Assembly: GCF_000150275.1 (NCBI RefSeq) | Contig: NW_002060961.1 | Span: forward strand, 897,153-948,059 | Direction of reading: 5' to 3' | DNA: 50,907 nucleotides | DNA from: Trichoplax adhaerens | Lineage: Eukaryota; Animalia; Placozoa | Shown here: piece by piece, positions 1-12,268 of the stretch | Layout: the number at the start of each line of letters is the position of its first letter | Numbering within the stretch: the first letter of the stretch is position 1 | Program-made: the position numbers and the translations under genes | Notes under the pieces: model-generated | What the model saw: only the letters and a program-made list of their open reading frames with translations | What the model was told of the DNA's origin: nothing | The model's database searches: none

Positions 1-845
1 TGATTTTCGAATCGATTGCCAAAGTAGAATACTTTAAGAGTAGCATCTATGGATTGTTTCATGTTCATCTCAATTTGCTTCACACAATCGTTATTTTCAT
101 CATCTTAGTAGTTTGTCCACTTGCACCATTGTCGTAGCAACATGGCCTGAGCGATTTTCCAATCGATTGCTAACGTGGACTATTTTTCAGAGAGTAGCAT
201 CCATTTATTTCAATGCTCATCCTGTTATTTTGGTTCATCTAATCCAACGTTTGAGTAGGAAATTATAAGAGCTGTAATCGCTTATTTAAATCATCTGATG
301 TTAATTTATCTACTTTCATAGAACATTGCTTATGCGATTTTCAACGATAATCGAATATGAAAGTTGAATGCTTTGAGACTACGATACATATCATCTCATT
401 CCAAGCGATTGCCTGAACGAAAGCTAAGGTAGAATGCTTCAAGACTAGCGTGTATTTATTTGACCCTTTCTCATCATTTGATCTTAGTTCGTCTACCTTT
501 GTCCTAACCGCAGAATACTGTCTAGGTGATTTTGGAATCGAATGCTAGAGTAGCATAGTTTACGGGTAGAGTCGATCGCTATTTTAATGGTCTCATTCCA
601 AGCGATTGCCTAAACGAAAACTAGCGTAGAATGCTTCAAGACTAGCGTGTATTTATTTAACCCTTTCTCATCATTTGATCTTAGTTCGTCTACCTTTGTC
701 CTAACCGCAGAATACTGTCTAGGTGATTTTGGAATCGAATGCTAGAGTAGGATAGTTTACGGGTAGAGTCGATCGCTATTTTAATGGTCACATTGCAGGC
801 GATTGCCTATACGAAAACTAGAATAGAATACTTCAAGATCAGCGT
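1..845. repeat. Degenerate tandem repeat with a 197-bp higher-order unit (about 2.3 near-identical copies, 394-845) built from older diverged subunits
   Basis: tctcattccaagcgattgcc recurs at 394 and 591, with a variant at 788 (period 197). The core motif g(c/t)gatt..aa(t)cga...gcta..gtag recurs at about 1, 151, 334, 405, 526, 602, 723 and 799. Confidence 0.85.
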
Positions 846-2079
846 CCATTTCTTTTTACTGTTCATCTCTTAGTTTGTCTACTTTTGCCACTGTCATCCA
901 ACCTTGCCCTTACGATTGGGAACACGGACATTTTATTTTTTGAAAGTTGTAAATTGTTTTTGACTGCAATAAATCAGGAAATCACATCATCATTATAATA
1001 TAGATTTAAAAGAGATACTGGCTGATGGAATTGTGCTCCAATCTAACCGATATTGACGATAAAAAAAAAAAATGGAGGGCAAACTCAATTCTACGTATCC
1101 AACCGAGTTGCAATAGCATGCATTGAAGGCAATCATGGGACGATTAGCAGATCCATCATTCTCCTTGGAAATTTCATTTTTTTTTCCTATTTTGAAGATT
1201 GATTATTACGATAGAGACCGCTATCGGTTAATTCATATAAAATAGGGTATAAAATACAGGAAAATGTGACGAAAGAGAAAGAAAATTGAATGGAAATCGC
1301 CAAGTTTGTATGGGTATTGTATAGGCAATTTACTGTAGATCAACATTCAATGCAAGTGCATCAATAAGAAGGAGGGGAAAGCAATAAGAATAGCCATCTC
1401 TTGTAAAAAACATGATCAAAAAATAACATTCAAGACAATGACATGATGATCAATACATTGGGAATGGGATAATGATGGTAGTCGACTATCCAGTTGAAAA
1501 ATGAACTTTTCGTTGAGAATTGTAAAGGAATGAGAGGACAAGGCGTAAAAAACCAAGATGGCCCTTGACGGAGAGAATGGAATAGGTAGAGTGGATGATG
1601 ATGGTTGATTGCAGCAGTCTTGCGAGAATAGTGATGCGGATAACATGGAATAGATCTGTACACAAGAAGTACAACTAAAAGTATGGAATGAATCTCAGCT
1701 GGCGTGGATGTTGTATGCAATAAGGGCAATGCGATTTTAATGTACAACAGTTCAATCTCTGCAGGCGTAAGCAATAGCTATGGAATTCTCCTCTACGGTA
1801 GTACTCTACCATTTCCTACCCATTCCTTTCACTACGATAACGACTGTCATGGAGACTTGAAATTCTTGCCGCTACTCAGTAGTAGAAGTGTTTAGGATTG
1901 ATATCCAATTGATCTCAAGGCAATCTCATTCTTAGGCGTTTGAAACTTTCAAAATTACATTCACTCCCGAGAATAGTATAAGAATAAATAACAAGTTATT
2001 TCCCCAGGTAGTCCACCATGGTTAAGCTGTCCAGTTTAAATTTGAAATTGCCTTAGCCTGTGTTGAGAATCCCTTACAA

Positions 2080-3270
2080 ATGAAGTTGAAATCTAGCTGT
2101 AATTTAATCGATGGCGTCATGACTAGCTTCAAGTTAGGTGGTAGATTTTCATCTTTTGGATGATTAACTAGGTGCAGCAGCTCATTTTAACTTTAGACAT
2201 GGACTTTCAACGTTTCGATAGAAATCAATCAAGTTGTTCAATATGCCAATGAAGAAAGAAAAAAATCAATGCATCATTTGTATCATCGTTTTTGCTATCA
2301 GTCATGTTCTAAGCAGGCTATCGTTCATGAAGGATTGTAAAGTTGTACAAGATGAATTTTAGTCCTGCTTAGAATGTCCAAATGATGATGAGAAATCGAC
2401 CCTATCCAATGATAGCAACAATCCAAAAGCAATAGGATATAGCTGGAGACATATTCCAATGTCCATCAATCGGATCTGCGATGATAGCAATGGAGGTTCA
2501 TGTTGCCCCCGATAGTCAGACTGGATCATTATTGCGGCAGATAAAATGGCAACAGTTTCAAATGGATAACAATATCATGGAGGAATCAACCCATTTTCAA
2601 TATCATGTAGAGGTCAAGAAAAATGGATGATTTCCATGGAGTGGCCATTGGGGAAAGCTTCCACTTTTGGTGCTACTTTGTCATCCCTATTTTAGCGTAG
2701 TACAGTCGTTGGAAATGCTTGTTATTTTTATTATTACGTACCATCACTGCTAACGATGATTTATCGCAAATTATGGACCAATTGGTTGAAGACGATATTG
2801 GATTATCACAACAAATACTGTCATAATCTCTAGGGACTGCAATGAATAGGATGGAAGTTTCCCATGGTTGATCATTTACTTTTCTAGCGATCAAGCGCCA
2901 TGATATCCATTACAACGTCTTGAATGTCATTGACGAGAAAGAATGGAAATGATCAACAGTGGGAAAAATAAAGTTCCTCCTCAAGCTAGATTGGTTGTAT
3001 TGCTTGTCCAAGAGTGTAATTGCCATTTTTACTCCATCCATGATGATGGCATGAATGTGGTTGAATAAAAAAGGCAAACATTGGATGGGCTGGCCATACT
3101 ACCGGGATAAAATCGCGGCTAGAACGACATCATCATTGATTGATTGATGGAATATGAAAAAGTATCAAGAAAATACCATGCAAACGTGCAACTTAGTCAG
3201 GGCATCATTTAGACGTATCTTACTTCATTTCTAGTACTGTCTTGAGCTGCATTATCCGTTGTAAATCTAC
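2080..3270 (+). pseudogene. Possible highly decayed PIF1-family (SF1B, Helitron-like) helicase remnant
   Basis: Motif-like peptides occur in PIF1 order and with roughly PIF1 spacing: KS..LI (2089), GAAA (2171), VVQDEF (2342), AGDIFQCPSIG (2442), SQG (3195), ALS (3249). There are many stops and frameshifts, and the region overlaps candidate WDR37 exons on the opposite strand. Confidence 0.25.
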
Positions 3271-3857
3271 AGTAATGCTAGTTGGACTAGGAAAAAAGTC
3301 CATGATGAAGAAAAAAGGGAAATTGAATTTAGTTATCATGACCGATGCAATAAAACACAATCCTGCCTTGAAACTATATCAATCATGACGTCGCTAATCT
3401 AATTGGTAAGTGGAGTAGCATCCCCAAAAACATGAGATACCAATTGAAATATCATGTTAATCCAATTTTATGCTTGGATAGTATTGATTCATGGCTAGTT
3501 TGAAGAAGATTGGGAAAATGGGACGAATCTTGGATCGTCTTTGATGATCCATGGAAGCAGTTGCATACTGCAGTGTAGAATGCATTGATGAGCATGACAG
3601 CAATGTTATGCTATCGACTGGGGGGGTAATGGATGAGATGGAGGATAAAATCCTATTCTCCGCCTGGATACTCTACGTATGAAGGAATAAGGAAGGACGA
3701 TCATCAAGGCAGAAGCTTTACCAAAGTTTAATCCGATATCTTTCTTCTTCTACTATACTGCATTCTGCTCTTTTTCCTTCTCGTGGTTAGCCTAACTTAT
3801 TCCATATGCGTACAGTATTGGTGTGAAGAGTAATGCTATCGCAGGTACCCAAAATCA

Positions 3858-4195
3858 ATGCAGATTGATTTTGGACATGATGCTAGTGTAGACCAAATGG
3901 ATTAGTCCTTCCTCGAATGGATTGTACGTGTAGGGGGGTAGATGCTGCAAGGTCGATTAGGGAAAGGGACTTGACGAATGGAATGAAGTCAAGATGGTCA
4001 ACGATCAGTCATTCCTTCCTCTAAAATGGATGCAGATTTATTTTTTGACACGATACTAGTGTAGACCAAATGGATTGGTCCTTCATCGAATGGATTGTCC
4101 ATGTAGGGGGTAAATACTGCAAGGTCTATTAGGGAAAAGGACTTGACGAATGGAATCATGTCAAGATAGTCAACGATCAGCCATTCCTTCCTCTA
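3858..4195. repeat. Two-copy direct repeat, about 170 bp
   Basis: atgcagatt...ctagtgtagaccaaatggatt...cattccttcctcta at 3858-4023 and 4030-4195, moderately diverged. Confidence 0.9.
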
Positions 4196-4416
4196 TGTTG
4201 GTATCACCAACGGCGAGAATGGATTTGGCATGGTTGTAAAAACATAACGCAAAAAATGGCGGCTATCAACAGCCATGACTGTAGTAAGTCTACGTTATTG
4301 GTAGTATTTGATGTTTTGCAAGGGTTTATGTAAGCTAAAAGTAGATGCGTACCAGCATATCCATGCTGAACAAGATGGAATTGTACCGTGTGATGGTGTA
4401 TCTGATTGAAACTTAC

Positions 4417-4570
4417 AGATTGCATTTTCGTTGTAAATAATTTCAAATTCACGCTCAATCTGGCCAAAGAGATCAGCTAGGCGAGAGCGCAATGGAGGAG
4501 GCAGACTGCCTTCATTGGCTTCTCCACGCCATGGACGTCGATTGGAGGAGCGTTGCTTGGCTTTGGGCAT
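4417..4570 (-). CDS. WDR37: WD repeat-containing protein 37, N-terminal coding exon (the rest of the gene runs toward or beyond the window start)
   Basis: Translates [51 protein letters not shown] and ends at a T|gtaagt donor. It matches the conserved WDR37 N-terminal segment (human [27 protein letters not shown], recalled). Phase-compatible candidate next exons are 3224-3266 and 2742-2817 (low confidence). A strong upstream donor AAG|gtgagt at 5666/5665 may end a 5' exon. Confidence 0.8.
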
Positions 4571-5877
4571 TGGATATGGATATCGATTGGAAGGCAAAGT
4601 GATGGGAAATGTTGCAGGCAGTTGTTGTTCTTCTTGTCGATGGTTTGCCGGTAATGACAACAAGACGATGGTATTTTGGATGTCTGCAGTCTTCCTTGAT
4701 GGCTGTTGTTGTGATTTAAAGTCTTCTCAAGGTCGTTGCTAATGTCCAACGAGTTTTTTTTCCTACTGGAGGTTGATTAATAATTTGATTTGGATGAAAA
4801 GATCGATGACGGATGCTGAATATTGCAATCAAGGGCTGGACAAGGACAAAAGAGTCTAATGTCAACAATAGGAAAGATGGCCAAAAAAACTTTCTAGCAC
4901 GATACAAAGTCCACGACGTTGTCTTCCTTCACCTGTGTGATATAGACTCTCTTTCTCTCTTCTTACATGGATCAATCTGTAGTGGAACTACACATGAAGG
5001 AAGAAGCGATATTGAATTGGAGATCGCAATGGCCTAATATCGAATTGGATCGATGCAAGTTTGCATGGCTTTTTTTAGCCAAGTCGATGAAGACAATTTG
5101 CAGTAAACTAAAATTCAATCATGCTACACTAATGATCAAGGTGACAACAAGGATGAAATGGAATTTTTTTTCAAGTCTGTTGACAAGTCAATGATGGATA
5201 CAGAGTTGAATTGGAAAGCAAGAGCAAAGAGAAAATACTATGATGGAAGAATTGATAGTCAAGGGAAAAGAAGAACGCAAGACCACTGGACGCTGAGGAT
5301 CGCTGTTGGATTGATCAGCTGCAAGTTGTATCTGTACCTGCTCAAGACGACTGTTGAAATTGTCACAATGGATATACTGTTGGATAGATCAATTAAAACG
5401 CTCTAATCATGTTTGTAGACTGGAAAAATGGACGCAAACTAGCGTAGTTTGCTTTTAGCAACAAGATGGCAGCAGCGATGACCTAGTGCAAGATTGGATG
5501 GAGACGATTGCGTTCCCAACCGGTACCGAATCGGTCTAGCTCTGAACGCCGACGAAGGGTGATGGTGTCTGGTGTCCGTGATCACCAGTCGGTTCAGGTG
5601 ATCGCAGCGAGTCAACTCTTTTCCTCACGTCACTCTCACGGACGCTTCTAGTGGTGTCCACTCACCTTGGCAGTGTGGTCATCGGCCAGTCGAGTCACTT
5701 TGGTGGCGTCACCATCGCCGCCTCCACTGGGTACTCTACGCTTTGTCCGCTGGCTGATGACTCGACCCAGTAGACAAAGGCGCTGCGATCAAGGTGTGAA
5801 TCAACCCTTGTCATACCCCAGTACACTTCAACTCAGTACTTGTACGTCCAACAATGGCATTTTCTTCTTGACAATGT

Positions 5878-5942
5878 CCACAGTGTACAGTCTGCACTAT
5901 ACTGTATAGTACTGTAGTGGACTGGACTGTGCTACTGTAGTA
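5878..5942. repeat. TACAG/TACTG-rich low-complexity patch upstream of WDR37
   Basis: cagtgtacagtctgcactatactgtatagtactgtagtggactggactgtgctactgtagta, lying next to a GC-richer stretch at 5500-5800. Confidence 0.6.
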
Positions 5943-5961
5943 TCAAACGATATCCAACATG

Positions 5962-7135
5962 GAGATTTTGTTGAAATTCGTAGTTTCATTCAGCTTCGCA
6001 TTTCTTAGCTCATTTTTAACAAGCTTTCCCAAGTATTTAAATACTTTATTATCAAGATTAAGTTGAAATTTATAGTTTCATTCAGCTTCCCATTTCTTAG
6101 CTCATTTTTAAGAAGCTTTCCCAAGTATTTCAACACTTTATTAACGAGATTTTGTTGAAATTTGTAGTTTCATTCAGCTTGCCATTTCTTAGCTCATATT
6201 CTACAAGCTTTCCTGGGTATTTCAACACTTTATTAACGAGATTTTATTATTGAGATTTTGTTGAAATTTGTAGTTTCATTGAGCTTCCCATTTCTTAGCT
6301 CATATTCTACAAGCTTTCCTAGGTATTTCAACACTTTATTAACGAGATTTTGTTGAAATTTGTAGTTTCATTCAGCTTGCCATTTCTTAGCTCATATTCT
6401 ACAAGCTTTCCTGGGTATTTCAACACTTTATTAACGAGATTTTGTTGAAATTTGTAGTTTCATTGAGCTTACCATTTCTTAGCTCATATTCTACAAGCTT
6501 TCCTGGGTATTTCAACACTTTATTAACGAGATTTTGTTGAAATTTGTAGTTTCATTGAGCTTACCATTTCTTAGCTCATATTCTACAAGCTTTCCTGGGT
6601 ATTTCAACACTTTATTAACGAGATTTTGTTGAAATTTGTAGTTTCATTGAGCTTACCATTTCTTAGCTCATTTACTACAAGCTTTCCTAGGTATTTCAAC
6701 ACTTTATTAGCGAGATTTTGTTGAAATTTGTGGTTTCATTGAGCTTACTATTTCTTAGCTCAGTTTTAAGAAGCTTTCCCAAGTATTTCAACACTTTATT
6801 AACGAGATTTTGTCGAAATTTGTTGCTTTCCTAGGTATTTCAACACTTTATTATCAAGATTTTATTGAAATTTGTAGTTTTATTGAGCTTGCCATTTCTT
6901 AGCTCATTTTCTACAAGCTTTCCTGGATATTTCAACACTATCACGATGTTATCAAGATTATGTTGAAATTTGTAGTTTCATGGAGCTTCCCATTTCTTAG
7001 CTCGTATTCTACAAACTTCCCCATGTATTTCAACACTTTATTATCAAGATTGTGTTGAAATTCAAAGTTTCATTGAGCTTTACCTTTTCTTAGCTCATTG
7101 TCTACAAACTTCCCCATGTATTTCAACACTTTATT
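5962..7135. repeat. 92-bp satellite, about 12-13 copies
   Basis: Unit gagattttgttgaaatttgtagtttcattgagcttaccatttcttagctcatattctacaagctttcctgggtatttcaacactttattaac starts at 6344, 6436 and 6528. Central copies are near-identical; edge copies are diverged. Confidence 0.97.
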
Positions 7136-8717
7136 AGAAAGGAGTTTATAAACTGAGTATCAAGAAATAGGCTTGAGTTGAACATTTGCAAGAAGCAAGG
7201 TCAAGGTAGCAAGGACTTCTAGAAATACCCAAGTGCATTTCAAGGAGTCCTTGATTGTAGGTAAAGTTCATTGAGCTCAAATCGTGCACTCATCAAAATA
7301 GACTAGAGTAGTGCAGTCCAATGAGTTTATGGTCAAGTTTGCAAAGAGTTTATGCAACAGTAGGACGAGCACAAAATGAGCGATAATGTACTCTACTGTC
7401 GATGAGATGATACTGCATGGATGGTTAATGGCAGCACTAATCTGTCTGCTGTGACTTCTTGCAAGATCGTCTACAGTTAAGTATCGAAGTAGAAAGAAAG
7501 CTAAAGTTATTATCAGCCGGCATGACTCATTTTCTGACTAGACTAAAAGCTGTACGAGTATTGATAGAGAGTGAGAGAAAGATGGCGCAGTATTGCTAAC
7601 ATTCGTCTTGGCCAGGGGTTGGATTGCGTCTATCGTACGATGTACTGTATGATGTTACCAGGGATTACTTTACTAAAATTCTCCCCTCCAAGTGGTCACT
7701 CAAAAATTTTCCCCTCTACTGCATTGAATTCAGAACTATTTATGCAATTTTAAAAAAAAAGGAATATCCAATAAAAACCTCACTGATTATTGGTCAAAAG
7801 CATTTCTGTTTCAATCTCTACATTACAACAGCAATGGCAAATGGTTACCTTGTAAGCACACTTGTGTCAATGTGTGATTTCTAAAGATCAAGGGGCAAAA
7901 TGCCAAATGATTTTGGATCACTCATTGATTGTACTAATTGGAATGCAGTCGTTAAAGAGTATAGGGGAAACTATTGGAGGGGAGAATTTTTCCTTGGGTA
8001 ATCCCCGATATGCCATACTGTCTCCATGGAGGTCAAGAAAGAAACACCTCTAGAAAAGTGTTTTTCTTACCTCGATGGTGAGTCTAGAACATATATACCC
8101 TAGCAGGGACTTGTGAAATAAATGCAGGGCCTTACTAGCTCATTTCCAAGGGAGAAGATGGCGGCCATGAAATGGAGGTGATCTTGTTGATAGACATCGC
8201 CATGAATGCAATTGATGGCATGTTGTGGTTGTTCGGATATCAATCCGATACTAACCACTGCCAGCCATCAAATGTACAGCTCGCTGGCTAGGCAGAGCTT
8301 GCTGGAACGCCGCCGCGTTGCATAAACTAATAACGTTGGCGTAAGCAATTGGGCATCCTTTCTGGCAGCAACTTTTTCCTTTTCACAAGTTCTGAGGCCT
8401 GCAATGATGGGTGGGATTCATTGCTTGCTGCAATACTCGTACAGTACTGTAGTCGATGATCATCATCGCAACAGCCATCAGTTCGGAACAGATTGGTTGC
8501 AAAGTCATAAAATTGAACGCATTTTCTTCTGTACTTGGCAGCCAATCGCCATTCTATTACAGGATGGCTCTAGAAAATCGTCGGGATAGAGATGGACAGT
8601 ATTACCCACAACTGGAAATAGGGCACCAGACATTGAAAATTCCATCATTATGGCCATCAGTAGCTTGAACTATATAATCAAAAATATCACTTAAACCAGA
8701 GACTTGAAAGAAATGCT

Positions 8718-9290
8718 CCTCCAAGTCCCTACTCAAGCCAAGGAGAAATGCCCGTTGACATCAAACACATGTTATCAACCTATCGTACAATTTCCCCTTG
8801 CAGACCCGTTATGAAACGCCCATTGACATCCAAAGGATGTCTGGAAATCTTTGGTAGAATTTTCCTTTACAGACCTCCAAGTCCCTACTCTAGCCAAGGA
8901 GAAATGCCCGTTGACATCAAACACATGTTATCAAGCTATCGTACAATTTCCCCTTGCAGACCCATTATGAAACGCCCATTGACATCCAATGGATGTCTGG
9001 AAGTCTTTCGTAGAATTTCCCTTTACAGATGAGTCATGAAATGTCCATGACTGCAAATGGACGTTGTAGCGATTTCAGCAAATTACAGTAGTTACAAATA
9101 TGTACGGTATCTCTTGATAAAGTAAAGGGTTGAAAATCCATACACTACAGTGGTAGAAATTTTTCGCTCAAAGTTTTCCTTTGCAGACCAACCATGAAAT
9201 TCCCTTGGACATCAAATGGATGTCTACAGTATAAATCTTTCGCGAAATTTTCCATTGCAAACCAGTCAGGAAATGCTCTTGGACATTGCC
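8718..9290. repeat. 156-bp tandem duplication (two related subunits) with further degenerate subunits
   Basis: cctccaagtccctactc at 8718 and 8874. The subunit ttgcagacc..atgaaa..ccc.tt(g)gacatc recurs to about 9290. This explains the repeated peptide in ORF 8748-9032. Confidence 0.9.
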
Positions 9291-9454
9291 CCAGATTTAC
9301 AAACTCAATACTTGTTAATAGAGTACACTACCTACAATTGTATATTATAATCTGTCCATACTCCTATACGTATAGAGAGAGAGATATACCGTATCACATC
9401 AATCTTTCATTGCAATAGCATTGGAAGGAATGGAACATTATTGGATACGACTAA

Positions 9455-9930
9455 GGCGCTTTGCTAATGTCCAATATCGTTATTGAGGCTGCAAGCAACT
9501 CCAGAATGAAGAAGTAGTCTAGCGCTTTTACTAATATCCAATATCGTTATTGATGCTGCTAGCAACTCCAGAATGAATAGTAGTCAGTAGTCTGGCGCTT
9601 TTACTAATGTCCAATATTGTTATAGATGCTAGCAACTCCAGAATGAATAGTAGTCAGTAGTCTGGCGCTTTTACTAATGTCCAATATCGTTATTGATGCA
9701 GCAAGCAACTCCAGAATGAATAAGTAGTCTGGCGCTTTTACTAATGTCCAATATCGTTATTGATGCAGCAAGCAACTCCAGAATGAATAAGTAGTCTGGC
9801 GCTTTTACTAATGTCCAATATCGTTATTGATGCAGCAAGCAACTCCAGAATGAATAAGTAGTCTGGCGCTTTTACTAATGTCCAATATCGTTATTGATGC
9901 TGCTAGCAACTCCACAATGAATAGTAGTCA
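9455..9930. repeat. 67-bp minisatellite, about 7 copies
   Basis: ggcgcttttactaatgtccaatatcgttattgatgcagcaagcaactccagaatgaataagtagtct starts at 9731, 9798 and 9865. Confidence 0.97.
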
Positions 9931-10361
9931 ATAGTTGTCATCAAGAGTTAGATTGCATGAATACTAAACACTTGTCAGTAATCAATATTAATTTATTGCT
10001 AGTTTAACAGTGAAATTGAATTTACCTTTCTCAAGGTTTATTGAGTAAAATTTCCCTTGACAGTGATTACGATTATCAGCCGCAGGTGTGGAGTAATCAA
10101 TGGCGCTAATCCAATGGATCACTTTGCAAGGCAACATGGATATGATTGGGCCTCAAATTGTTGAATTAGCAAGCTATGAAATGAAATCAATCCATTCAAA
10201 TAGTCATAATATCAATTTTGACTTATACTATGCCTGAAATTTCACTCTTACGGTTATCATAATTACCAGGCTGTACATGAAATTAAAACAATTCTTACTA
10301 CTTTAATTGCGATACTATCAAACTAGAACAGGGCGAATGACATTAATTTGCTGTCTCTTCC

Positions 10362-10672
10362 ACCGCAGTTTATTTTTCTACATTAAATACTTGAACACAC
10401 TAAGACATCAATAAATAGGATAAAGTCATTAACAATCCTGTAATCATTCCATGCTACTATAGGTAGCATCGACAGGGAAGAGAATGGACTAATGTTGCTT
10501 GCTTGGCTCTCTTCACTCAATACCGCAGTTTATTTTCTACATTAAATACTTGAACACACTAAGACATCAATAAATAGGATAAAGTCATTAACAATCCTGT
10601 AATCATTCCATGCTAGTATAGGTAGCATCGACAGGGAAGAGAATGGACTAATGTTGCTTGCTTGGCTCTCTT
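10362..10672. repeat. About 150-bp direct repeat (period 160) at the 3' end of the first TPR gene
   Basis: accgcagtttattt...cttggctctctt at 10362-10513 and 10522-10672, nearly identical. Confidence 0.95.
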
Positions 10673-12268
10673 TCAATTTCAATCGGTTTACAACTAGAAT
10701 CGTCTCGTGATTGATTGGAACTTGTTTCTCCTGATGTATCTTCTTCAAAACAAAATAATAGGAATATCGGTGTTAGAAGAGAGTAATACAATTCTCCAAT
10801 TTTAATTACAAAATCATACACTCTTACCTAGTGGCGATATAAAATAACGTTCCAACACATTGGCTAAATCGTCAATGATATTCATGCCTATCAAAGCAAC
10901 TTTACCATACCAAGATTTCTGGTACCAGAAAGTTTCTGCTATCCTACTTTTGGTTTGAGTAACGCTAGGATGATCATCATCAAGTCTTTCCGATCGAATT
11001 TTCAAAGCCTTTCCAAATAAAGGAAGAGCTGTATCGTATTTACTTTGCATAAAATAGACATTCCCCATATTGTAATACGACGTAGCCACTTCCAGATGAT
11101 AATCGCCAAACCTTTGCAGCTGAATCTTATGCGATTTTTGAAACATACCAAGGGCATCGTCATATTTACCTTGGGCATGATAGACATTGGCAATGTTGTT
11201 GTAGGCATTGACTACATGAGGATGTCTATCTCCAAGGACTTGCAGATAGATCTGCAGCGATTTTTCAAACATAGAAAGAGCTTCATCATTCTTGCCTTGA
11301 TTATAATATACACTTGCTATGTTGTTATACGATGTTGCAACATCAGGATGATTTGCATCAAGCGCCTTCAATCTTATTTCAAGAGATTTTTTGTACATAG
11401 AAAGAGCATCATCATATTTCCTTTGATTTCTGTAGACAAGTCCAACGTTGTTATAGGAAGAAGCAACATCAGCATGATTATCGTGCAAAATCTCGAATCG
11501 AATGGCTAATGATTTTCGATACATTGAAAGAGCTTCGTCATACTTGCCTTGATTGTAACAGACAGTTCCAATGTTATTATAGGAGTTTGCAACATCACCA
11601 TGAGAATCGCCAAGTAGATGTAATCTAACCTTCAGTGATTTGTGATACATGGAAAGTGCATCATCATACTGAATTTGATTCAAATAGACAGAGCCCATGA
11701 GGTTATACGATGTAGCAACATCAAGATGATAAGTACCAAGAAATTGTAAGCGAAGGTTAAGCGATTTTTCAAACATGGAAAGAGCTTCTTGATATTGACC
11801 TTGATTGTAATAGACATGCCCAATTTTATGGTAGGAATTGGCTACAGGTATATTTTCTTCTCCCAACTGATTCAATTTTATTTCAAGTGATTTCCTAAAG
11901 TCTTTTAATGCTGCTGTTATTTGACCTTGTAATCGTTTAATACTACCACGTCTATCGAGGCAGTCTGCGATTCTAACTTGGTCTTGCAGTTTACTCGCTA
12001 ATTCTTGTGCTTGGATGCTAAAATCAGTAGCCTTAATTGCCTCACGTTGCCGTATATAAATCTCGCAAATATCAAGATAAATGTCGCATTGGAGTTGTTC
12101 TAATTCTGAAGTACTTTCCGCCGTCGGAATAAGCCCAATTTGTTCCAAGGCTTGCGTATAACACGATAATGCTTGTTGGTAGTCACAAGTGTTACAATAT
12201 TGCTGGCCAGTTTCATGTAGGCGATAAATTGGCTGAAACTTGCTGGATTTTAAAGGTTGGCTAGCCAT
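10648..12268 (-). CDS. Tetratricopeptide-repeat protein with 42-aa KLC/nephrocystin-3-type TPRs
   Basis: The 484-aa ORF 10814-12268 carries about 8-9 repeats of type VATSYNNIG.VY..QGKYDEALSMY.KSL.IRL..LG..HPD. A strong donor CTAG|gtaaga at 10828/10827 and an 85-nt intron lead to a phase-compatible last exon 10648-10742 (EDTSGETSS...SKQH*). The predicted spliced product is 511 aa. Confidence 0.92.

Noticed and set aside
5434-5540. Hairpins gcaaacta-gcg-tagtttgc and accg-aat-cggt near CTAG as a Helitron 3' end
   Set aside because: Hairpin-to-CTAG spacing and stem length do not fit the canonical terminus, and no matching 5' end was found.
5962-7135. CRISPR-like appearance of the 92-bp, 67-bp and 163-bp arrays
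   Set aside because: The units are repeated in full with no unique spacers, there are no cas genes, and the context is eukaryotic.
7830-8560. AG/GT-bounded open segments (for example about 8280-8340) suggesting a small plus-strand gene
   Set aside because: I could not build a phase-consistent model or recognise any protein family.
8748-9032. 94-aa ORF with an internal 52-aa repeat
   Set aside because: A by-product of the 156-bp DNA duplication, with no recognisable domain.
11045-11509. 154-aa plus-strand ORF
   Set aside because: Antisense shadow of the TPR gene.
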